Shown: positions 56,113-64,000 of the stretch, piece by piece
How positions within the stretch are numbered: position 1 is the stretch's first letter
How the letters are laid out: each line of letters starts with the position of its first letter
Virus record (IMG/VR): IMGVR_UViG_3300028888_000004
Location: 1 to 64,000 of that record
Reading direction: 5' to 3' (one strand)
DNA from: a virus
Lineage: Duplodnaviria; Caudoviricetes
DNA length: 64,000 nucleotides
Position numbers and translations under genes: made by a program
Notes under the pieces: model-generated
What the model saw: the letters and a program-made list of their open reading frames with translations, nothing else
Database searches by the model: none
Told to the model about the DNA's origin: nothing

Positions 56113-59100
56113 ATGGCAAAGAACCATATCATAGCAAGACATAGTACTCCTATAAATCTTAATACTGGAAGAAGTTTTAAGATTGAAAATGTATATGAAG
56201 ATGCTGGAGAAATAAGCAGAGGAGATAAATTAAACGGAACTTTCAGTAAAGTCGCTGGTGCTATTCCTGCATTAGGGACTGCTATAGGTGCCTATAGTAA
56301 TCTGTCTGGAATAAACACGTCTAAATATGACACAGCACTTAATACTCTTCCTCAATCTGTGTCAATAGGAAATTATGATGCTCTTGCTGATTGGAGAGCA
56401 AGTATTCCAGTACTTGAGAATCCCACAGCAAGTGATTTGGATACAATGTCTACTGCTGGTAAAATTGGTACTGGACTAAGTACTATAGGAGCAACTACAG
56501 CTGCTGGTGCACAAGTAGGTGGTTGGGTTGGAGCACTAGCTGGACTTGTAGGAGGAGCTGGAGTTGTTGGAGCTGGTCTTCTTACAGGTAAAAGAAAAAG
56601 AGAAAGACTTGCTGACGAGATATCAATGAGAAACAGTCTTGCAAACCAAAGACTGAATTCAATGTACCTTCATGAGCTTGGAGATATACAAGAAGAGCAA
56701 GCTAATCAAGCTTATGCTAATATATCAGCTAAAGGAGGAAAGATACATATTGCTCCTTCTAAAAGAGGAACATTCAAGGCTCAGGCTTCTAGAATGGGCA
56801 TGAGTGTTCAAGAAGCAGCAAGACACATATTGGCTAATAAAAACAGATATTCGCCTGCTATGAGAAAGAAAGCAGCATTTGCTAAAGCAGCAGCTGGTTG
56901 GAAACACGAAGATGGAGGAGACTTGAATCTTTTTGAATTCCCTGTGGAATACAATCATGGAGGATACTTCTCACTTCAACCAGAGCTTATAAAAATCAAT
57001 CAAGGAGGAACTCATGAGCAGAATCCTCTTAATGGTGTTCCTATGGGATTTGATGAGAATGGAATACCTAATCTTGTTGAAGAAGGAGAGACTATATTTG
57101 ATAACTATGTATTCTCAAACAGACTTGCTCCTACAGAGAAACAGCTTGCTGATGGTGGTCTCGCTACCAAATATAAAGACCATACATTTGCTGATATATC
57201 TGAGAAGATAGCCAAACAGTTTGAAGAGACTCCTGTTGACCCTATAGCAAGAGAGTCTTTCAAAGAGTCTATGCAGAGACTTAAGACTATTCAGGAACAA
57301 GTCAGAGAAGAAAATGCTGTTCCTGAGGCACAACAAATGCCTGAGCAGTCTATTGCTCCTGAGAGTATGGAATCTGTAGGTCAAGCTCCTATGGAAGACC
57401 AGATGTCTATGGAACAAATGCCACAGGAAGTTCCTCAAGAGTATCCTCAAGATATGATGGAGCAAGTTCCTATGCAACCTGAGATGATGCAGGCTTATGG
57501 AGGAAATCTGTTTGCTGATGGAGGCTCATTTTTAAAATTAGAAAATGGGAAAACAGTTGTAGACACAGCAGAGGTGGCTAGGAGAGCAAGAACGAGAGCC
57601 CTAAGAAGAGCAAAAGAAGGCACTGCTGCATACGAAGCCGTATATAAAAGAATATATGACAACATATATAACAGGGCACAAAACATTGTTGACAGGTCAG
57701 ACAAAGTAACAGATCTATATGATAGAACAAGAAAGGCTGAAGAGTATCTTATCAGCAGAGGATATACTGGTAACATTAGGTCAGTTACCTTAGATCCAGA
57801 AACAGAGAAAACATATCAAGCAATTCTTAATGGCACCAATGTACCAAATAATGAATCATTGTCATTTGAAGATGAGCCAATGGGTCCTCCTGTTGATGAG
57901 ACAATAGGACCTCCTAAACCTACTAACCCTCAAGGAAGAAAGACTGATGGCGTAGCTGGGCAAACAGTTAACGCTAAGACAGGTGCTGGAAACTCATCAG
58001 CAAGAGCTAATACTGCTCTTTATAAAGAAGGAACTACTGCTGAGCAAAAGAGAGAGCTTTGGTATAACAGTTCAGGTAAGGCACTAACTGATAATCTTAG
58101 AGCTGCTGCTAAGTCTTGGAGTGACCAAGGTCTTACAGGAGATGCTCTTACATCAGAAAGGAGAAAGTATGCTGAGGCATTAAATGCTGTACAACAAGCT
58201 TATGCTAAAGCATATGAGGCTGGGTATGACCCTACTACGAGAACATCTAATAAAGATGCTGCAGTACAAGCTCTTCAGGAACTTTGGGAAAAGAATAGTG
58301 GAAACAAGTACTTCAATGATCTTGTTAAAGCTATGAATACTCAAGGCAATTCTGGAGATAATTCTGCAAGAGGTTGGGTAGATGGTCTTTGGGGAGATAT
58401 TACCAGAAACAGGAACTGGGGACTTTCTGAGTACTTTAGTGATGCTAATAAAAATGTAGGAGACTATTATCCTGAACTTGCTCAGGCTATAAAAGAAGCA
58501 GGATTTACTTATACACCTACAACTCCTTATGGAGATGACGGGTATAAAGCTTATACATTTGGACTTCAAAGTGATAGAGAGCAGCTTATTCCAAGTCAAA
58601 TATCTAATGATAATAAACTTACCAGTATTATGGAAGACCTTAATAATGGTCTTGCAGGAAATGTTGGTTTGGTGGGAGAGAGACCTGATGTTCCTCTAAC
58701 TAAGGAACAAGAAAGAGCCAGAAGAAGAGCTCAAAGACAGCTTCAAAGAGAGAATCAAGGTCTTCCTACTTGGATGAGATATGCTCCTATTGCTGGTAGT
58801 GCACTAGGTGCTATATGGGATATGGCTCAAAAGCCTGATTATTCTGTAGCTGAAGCTGCTGAAAGAATAGCTTCTAATGTTCCCAGAGCAAGGTTTAATC
58901 CAATTGGTAACTACCTCACATATACTCCTGTAGACAGAAACTACTACCTCAATCAGGTAAGAAATCAGGGTCTTGCTACTAATAGAGGAATACTTAATGC
59001 ATCTGGAGCAAATCAAGGAGCAGCAACATCAGCTCTGTTGGCAAATCAATATAATACTCAGAATGCCATTGGTAATTCTCTTATACAACAAGAGCTTGCT

Positions 59101-59469
59101 AACAGACAGAATGAACAACAAGTAGCTCAGTTCAATAGAGGTACTGACCAATATAACTCTCAAGGTTTATTTAATGAGAGCGTATATAATCAAAGAGCTG
59201 GAATGCAAGCAGGACACTATGGACTTACAGCTGCTCAATTAAGACAAGCTGAAAGACAAAGGAGAAATGCTGCCATTTCTGCAGATCTCACTAATCTTTT
59301 CCAAGGCATTGGAGATATTGGCTGGGAGAATATGAACGCTAACATGGTAAATATGAATCCAGCACTTCAATACCAAATTAACTTAAGAGGCAATAGAAAT
59401 GCTGGAGAGACAACACATAAGGCTAAATGTGGTGGCATGTTAACCAAAAAGAAGAGTAGGAGGAAATAA
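56113..59469 (+). CDS. cargo (ejection) protein 1-like
   Basis: follows muzzle; Gly/Ala hydrophobic segment; IHIAPSKRG module; GGTHEQNPLNGV..VEEGE..VFSNR. Confidence 0.8.
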   Translation: MAKNHIIARHSTPINLNTGRSFKIENVYEDAGEISRGDKLNGTFSKVAGAIPALGTAIGAYSNLSGINTSKYDTALNTLPQSVSIGNYDALADWRASIPVLENPTASDLDTMSTAGKIGTGLSTIGATTAAGAQVGGWVGALAGLVGGAGVVGAGLLTGKRKRERLADEISMRNSLANQRLNSMYLHELGDIQEEQANQAYANISAKGGKIHIAPSKRGTFKAQASRMGMSVQEAARHILANKNRYSPAMRKKAAFAKAAAGWKHEDGGDLNLFEFPVEYNHGGYFSLQPELIKINQGGTHEQNPLNGVPMGFDENGIPNLVEEGETIFDNYVFSNRLAPTEKQLADGGLATKYKDHTFADISEKIAKQFEETPVDPIARESFKESMQRLKTIQEQVREENAVPEAQQMPEQSIAPESMESVGQAPMEDQMSMEQMPQEVPQEYPQDMMEQVPMQPEMMQAYGGNLFADGGSFLKLENGKTVVDTAEVARRARTRALRRAKEGTAAYEAVYKRIYDNIYNRAQNIVDRSDKVTDLYDRTRKAEEYLISRGYTGNIRSVTLDPETEKTYQAILNGTNVPNNESLSFEDEPMGPPVDETIGPPKPTNPQGRKTDGVAGQTVNAKTGAGNSSARANTALYKEGTTAEQKRELWYNSSGKALTDNLRAAAKSWSDQGLTGDALTSERRKYAEALNAVQQAYAKAYEAGYDPTTRTSNKDAAVQALQELWEKNSGNKYFNDLVKAMNTQGNSGDNSARGWVDGLWGDITRNRNWGLSEYFSDANKNVGDYYPELAQAIKEAGFTYTPTTPYGDDGYKAYTFGLQSDREQLIPSQISNDNKLTSIMEDLNNGLAGNVGLVGERPDVPLTKEQERARRRAQRQLQRENQGLPTWMRYAPIAGSALGAIWDMAQKPDYSVAEAAERIASNVPRARFNPIGNYLTYTPVDRNYYLNQVRNQGLATNRGILNASGANQGAATSALLANQYNTQNAIGNSLIQQELANRQNEQQVAQFNRGTDQYNSQGLFNESVYNQRAGMQAGHYGLTAAQLRQAERQRRNAAISADLTNLFQGIGDIGWENMNANMVNMNPALQYQINLRGNRNAGETTHKAKCGGMLTKKKSRRK

Positions 59470-59470
59470 T

Positions 59471-61102
59471 ATGGCTGGAGCTTATTTAACAATTGGTGCC
59501 AAGTATAGGCCATTCTCTTATGAGGAGCTCATAAGACCTGTAGCTATGGCTACAGAGATGCATAACAAGATAGATGAGCAATATGCAGCTCTTCAAGAGA
59601 AAGCTGGAGTATGGGAAAATCTGGCTAATAAAGAAACAGACCCAGAGTCATATAAAAAATACAAAGAGTACTCTGATGCTCTTAATGCTCAAGCTGAAGA
59701 GTTGGCAAAGAATGGATTGAATCCTCAGTCCATGAGAGACATGCTTAATCTTAGAGCAAGATACTCATCTGATATTGTTCCTCTTGAGCAAGCTTATACA
59801 AGGAGAAGACAGCTTGCTGATGAGCAAAGGAAGATGATTATGCAGAATCCTACTCTTAAGTTTGAGAGGGATATGAACACTACTTCTCTTGATGATTTCG
59901 TTAACAATCCTGAGCTTGATTATGGGTATTCTGTAAATGGAGCTATGATAGCTAAACAAGCTGGAGAAGCATACTCTCATCTTGCTAAATCTATTCAAGA
60001 GGAACCTCAGTATAAGCATATATTAAATGGAAACTATTATCAGTCTATGCTTAGGTCTGGTTATTCTCCAGAGCAAATACTTGCACTAGCAAGAAATGAT
60101 GAGAGTGCTCCTGCTGCTCTTAGACAAATAAGTCAGCAAATATATGATTCTACTGGAGTAGAAGACTTCATAAAGAGAGCATATCCTAATGCTTCTACAA
60201 GTGAAGGTGAGGCCCTTCAGGCTCAAGAGTGGAGAGACTATGTTAACTCTTATATTAATCAAGGAGCTTGGAGTGCTGTTGGTACTACGTCTTATGGTAC
60301 TGTTGTGGACCAAGATGCGGCACTTAGAAGATCATTGGCAATTCAAGCTGCAAAAGCAAAGCAAAAAGGCACAAGCGGTAACTCATCTGCTATACAGAGG
60401 AGGGACCAGACAATAACCATGAAGAGCACCAGCGGAAAGCGGGGATACATGCAAAAGCCTATGGGTAATATAGAAGTTGACGATGCTTATTCTAAAAACA
60501 TTATCAATCGTATATTAGCCTCTGAGGGAGTATTTGCTAGAAAGGGTGGTGTTGAAGAAGTTGTCGGAATGGAAGATAATGGTAAACTGACAACCCGCAC
60601 AATCAAGAACAAAGACTTCATTAAAAACCTGGATAAGGCCACTGTCACTAATATCAGAGTTGACTATCAGACTGGAAGTATTCTTGCGGATATTATAGTT
60701 GTCGATGGCAAGAATTCTGAGAAGCTGAGAATAAAGCTTCCTAATGAAATACTTGGTGACGATATAAGTACTCAAGATGTCCAGATATCCAAAGCGGCAT
60801 TAGATGCAGTGGAGGAAGCGAAGAAAACTGGTAAAAAAGTAAGCTTTACAGCTAATGGAGTTCCTGTGACTATCGCATATAAAGATGGTAAGGTAATTGA
60901 GTATGACCAATATGGTAACATACTTGAACAAGCTTCAGAAGAAGCGTTTAAAGGCTTCTGGAAAGACGCTATGTTTGCGGCTATTGGTGGCATAATGCAA
61001 TACACAGGAGGTTTGAATACAAATACAGATACTGGTGCCAAGAGAGCTGCCGCTACAAGTACTAGCAATATGGGTAGAATTGATGTTGAAGATTTAGAGT
61101 AG
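59471..61102 (+). CDS. cargo (ejection) protein
   Basis: PFSYEEL.RP N-terminus; synteny. Confidence 0.7.
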   Translation: MAGAYLTIGAKYRPFSYEELIRPVAMATEMHNKIDEQYAALQEKAGVWENLANKETDPESYKKYKEYSDALNAQAEELAKNGLNPQSMRDMLNLRARYSSDIVPLEQAYTRRRQLADEQRKMIMQNPTLKFERDMNTTSLDDFVNNPELDYGYSVNGAMIAKQAGEAYSHLAKSIQEEPQYKHILNGNYYQSMLRSGYSPEQILALARNDESAPAALRQISQQIYDSTGVEDFIKRAYPNASTSEGEALQAQEWRDYVNSYINQGAWSAVGTTSYGTVVDQDAALRRSLAIQAAKAKQKGTSGNSSAIQRRDQTITMKSTSGKRGYMQKPMGNIEVDDAYSKNIINRILASEGVFARKGGVEEVVGMEDNGKLTTRTIKNKDFIKNLDKATVTNIRVDYQTGSILADIIVVDGKNSEKLRIKLPNEILGDDISTQDVQISKAALDAVEEAKKTGKKVSFTANGVPVTIAYKDGKVIEYDQYGNILEQASEEAFKGFWKDAMFAAIGGIMQYTGGLNTNTDTGAKRAAATSTSNMGRIDVEDLE

Positions 61103-61108
61103 TAAAAT

Positions 61109-64000
61109 ATGGCTGAACAAGATATCACACAGACTGGTCCCGTTGGGCTACAAGGATTACCTGGAATTAATAAATCTTCAGGACAGGAGGATACTGTTGA
61201 TATAACTCCAAGAAGAAGAGGCTCAATGTATTATGGGCTAAGCTATTTTCATGACCCATACAATAGCCAAACAGCTGAATTCCATGAGTCAGAAGATGGA
61301 GAGTATGGGACAAGAAAAGTTGATCCCTTGTTTATAAATCAGGAGCAGCTTGAGAATCTTGAAGATACTAGATCTAGAAATCAATCTAACTTTTCTCAAA
61401 TAACTAATGGTATTATCAAGGGTATAACAACTACTGGAACTACATTCGCTGATGGTACTATAGGACTTGTGTGGGGATTAGGTCAGGGAATATATAATGC
61501 TCTTGACAAAGATGAGAATACATCCTTTGCTTCTGGACTATGGAATAATCAGTTTAACCAATGGATGAATCAGGCTAATGAATGGATGGAACAGGTTGCT
61601 CCTAACTATTATACCAATGATGAGAGAGAGCACCCAATGTCCCATATATTCAATGCCAACTTTATTGGAGATAAGTTCATAAAGAATCTTGGATTCACTG
61701 CTGGTGCTTTAGGTAGTGCTGTAGCTTTTGGAGGAGTATATGGAAAAATAGGGCATCTTCTTGGCAAGACTGCTCTTGGATTAGGCACTGCTGGAAGAAC
61801 AGCTGTTGGTATATCTAAAGCTGCTTCTATGGGTATTGGTGCCGTAGCAGCTGCTACTACAGAAGGCTCAATAGAAGCTTTGCAGGCTGCCCAGCAAATG
61901 GGTAAGGAAAATCAAAGACTTTATGAAGGTCTCAGAGATTCAAACATTCAAGAGATTAAGGATAATCCTAATCTTAGTGACTACGAGAAAGAGCTCCTTA
62001 TAGAGGATGAAAATAATAAGTTTAAAAAGGTAAAGGCTAAGCTTGAGGAAGACAAAGCCAAAGTTGGTAATGCCACTCTTGCTTGGAATATACCTATACT
62101 TACTGCTGGTAATATAATTCAGTTCAATAAGCTTCTTGGAGGAGGATTCAGGTCAGCATCAAGAGCAGCTAAGGTTGCTGGTAAAATGGGTGAACTGAGA
62201 CCTGGAGGATTCTTTGAAAAGACTGCTGCACAAAGAGCTGCCAAAGCTTTCTATAAATCTGGTCACACTGAAGGTAGGGAAGAAGTCCTTCAACAGATAG
62301 CTTCTGATGCATCTAACACAAGATACTCTCTTGAACTTAATGACTACTATAAGTCACTCTATGACCCTGAGGCAAACACCCAAGCCAGCGACTATCTCTC
62401 AGGAGTTGGTAAGCAAATACTTGCAACTCTTGGAAGAGAAGATACTTGGGAACAGTATCTTATTGGCTCAATGACAGGAATTATGGGTGCTCCTGTATTT
62501 GGTAAAAATAACACTCAGACAAGAGCTGATTTTGGTAAGGGTAAGAGAATAGGATGGTCTGGAGGTGTACTTGGACAGTACAATGAGATTAATGAAGACA
62601 GAGAGAGGAACCAAAGAGTAGCTGATTATCTTAATGAAAGAGCTAAAGATCCTAAGTTTAGAGACCAATATCAGCGTCTTGTAAGACACATGTACTTTCA
62701 AGATAAGATGGATGCAGCTCTTGATGAGGGACTTGAGAAAGAATTCAAGGATAGTGAGTTTGCCCAGCTTTATAATGATATAATGTGGTTCACTTATGCT
62801 GGAAAGAAAGATGTTCTTAAGGACATGGTTTCTGGAGCACTGAACAACATTACTGATGAGGAAGCTGCTGAGATAGTCAAGGATACCACAAAGACAGCTA
62901 TAAATGAGGAGGGTAAGGAAGTTACCACAGGTCCATTTATAGGTGCTGATGGTAATCCTATGACTCCTGACCAAATAAGAGAGAAGGTTGCCAAGAGTAA
63001 GCAAGATGTTCTTAACCTGATGCAGAAGATTGAGGATGAGTATGATGCATTAGACCATAATACTAATGGTAGGCTTTCTGATGAGCAACTTGAGCAACTT
63101 ACCTATATGAAGCTTCAAATAGATGATTGGAGAGAAAGAACTAAGTCTGTTGGAGAAGACATAGGTAATTTCTTTGAAGGCATTGTAAAAGAATTCCAAA
63201 CAAGGCTTGATAGCAATAAGGCTATTCTTGAGGCTTCACCTAATAATGAGACAGCTAAGCATAATGTAGAGGTTCTTGAAAAAAACATCAAAATTATGCA
63301 AGAGACTGCTACCACTCTTAAGGGATTTACTGCTCTTGAGAGAATGGGAGTAGCTGATCACCAACAAGCCAGAAAGATATTTGGACAAGCTATAAGGAAT
63401 CTTGATAAGATTGATCAAAGAGGAATTGACCAAGACCAAAAAGCTAAGGTAACTACTGGACTTCAAGACCTTATTAAGATGTCTCAGTCTTCTGAAATAT
63501 TTCAAAAGAGAAGAGACCAGTATCTTGAGAATCCTGACCTCATGCTTAATGATAGAAATGAGATTATTAAGCAGATGGAAAAGGATGAGCTCAAAGAGAG
63601 AGCAGACAAGCAAATGCAGAATCTTACCGATGCTGAGAATATAGAGGCATTTGATAAGGCTGTGAATGACTCAGATGATGATGAAGCTATGCAACAAGCT
63701 ATTGATGATTTGGCCTCATCTGGTAATACTATGGCAAGACAATATAAATCAAATCAAGCTATAGCTCAGAGACAAAAAGAGAAGGTAAGGTCTCTTATAG
63801 GCACTGAAATTCCTACTCTTAATGGAGGAACAATGACAGTATCTCAGGAGGATGCTGAAGCTGTTGAGGCTATCATAGATAATAGAAGGCTTAATACAAA
63901 TCCAGCAGAAAAGGATGGCACTTCATTCATTAATACTGAACAGATGACAAATCCATTCTTAGATGATATGAATGGACTATGGGAATCTGGTCTTGGTATT
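61109..64000 (+). CDS. large cargo protein (virion RNA polymerase cluster), partial
   Basis: open from ATG 61109 to window end (964 codons); RSRNQS, PNYYT, NLGFTAG, EG.EE..Q motifs. Confidence 0.8.
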   Translation, partial: MAEQDITQTGPVGLQGLPGINKSSGQEDTVDITPRRRGSMYYGLSYFHDPYNSQTAEFHESEDGEYGTRKVDPLFINQEQLENLEDTRSRNQSNFSQITNGIIKGITTTGTTFADGTIGLVWGLGQGIYNALDKDENTSFASGLWNNQFNQWMNQANEWMEQVAPNYYTNDEREHPMSHIFNANFIGDKFIKNLGFTAGALGSAVAFGGVYGKIGHLLGKTALGLGTAGRTAVGISKAASMGIGAVAAATTEGSIEALQAAQQMGKENQRLYEGLRDSNIQEIKDNPNLSDYEKELLIEDENNKFKKVKAKLEEDKAKVGNATLAWNIPILTAGNIIQFNKLLGGGFRSASRAAKVAGKMGELRPGGFFEKTAAQRAAKAFYKSGHTEGREEVLQQIASDASNTRYSLELNDYYKSLYDPEANTQASDYLSGVGKQILATLGREDTWEQYLIGSMTGIMGAPVFGKNNTQTRADFGKGKRIGWSGGVLGQYNEINEDRERNQRVADYLNERAKDPKFRDQYQRLVRHMYFQDKMDAALDEGLEKEFKDSEFAQLYNDIMWFTYAGKKDVLKDMVSGALNNITDEEAAEIVKDTTKTAINEEGKEVTTGPFIGADGNPMTPDQIREKVAKSKQDVLNLMQKIEDEYDALDHNTNGRLSDEQLEQLTYMKLQIDDWRERTKSVGEDIGNFFEGIVKEFQTRLDSNKAILEASPNNETAKHNVEVLEKNIKIMQETATTLKGFTALERMGVADHQQARKIFGQAIRNLDKIDQRGIDQDQKAKVTTGLQDLIKMSQSSEIFQKRRDQYLENPDLMLNDRNEIIKQMEKDELKERADKQMQNLTDAENIEAFDKAVNDSDDDEAMQQAIDDLASSGNTMARQYKSNQAIAQRQKEKVRSLIGTEIPTLNGGTMTVSQEDAEAVEAIIDNRRLNTNPAEKDGTSFINTEQMTNPFLDDMNGLWESGLGI

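Noticed and set aside
9530-63613. Many antisense or alternate-frame ORFs (e.g. 44949..45599, 47382..48356, 21485..22042, 12381..12827)
   Set aside because: Shadows of strongly codon-biased real genes with no recognisable motifs
1-64000. Stop-codon reassignment (TAG/TGA) as in some Crassvirales
   Set aside because: Core genes are full-length in code 11, TAG ends genes at natural boundaries and there is no suppressor tRNA; the 5368 tRNA loop reads TCT, not CTA

Overview
About 64 kb of a Crassvirales (crAss-like) Bacteroidota phage read in the standard genetic code, with gene order resembling phiCrAss001. Bases 1-~7900 are a minus-strand block of small accessory/early genes (SSB, HTH, 2H phosphoesterase, tRNA-Arg) interspersed with structured non-coding elements, including a terminator-bounded ~800-nt ORF-free region that looks like a large ornate ncRNA. 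The strand switches at a G-tract/T-rich junction (~7940-8300). A ~310-nt structured RNA candidate follows, then the plus-strand late block: multi-catalytic peptidoglycan hydrolase, antisense GH25 lysozyme, three tRNAs, GroES-like, TerL, portal, fibre genes (including a 2167-aa CotH-like/LRR fibre), an uncharacterised conserved module, a BACON/Ig fibre cluster, lysis genes, scaffold, MCP, tail ring/hub/muzzle and cargo proteins, the last running off the window. The most striking signal is the 36.5-41.7 kb cluster, where Ig/BACON domains are split between genes in a pattern suggesting a pilus-like fibre polymerised by domain complementation. Product calls come from motif recognition and synteny, not from database searches.
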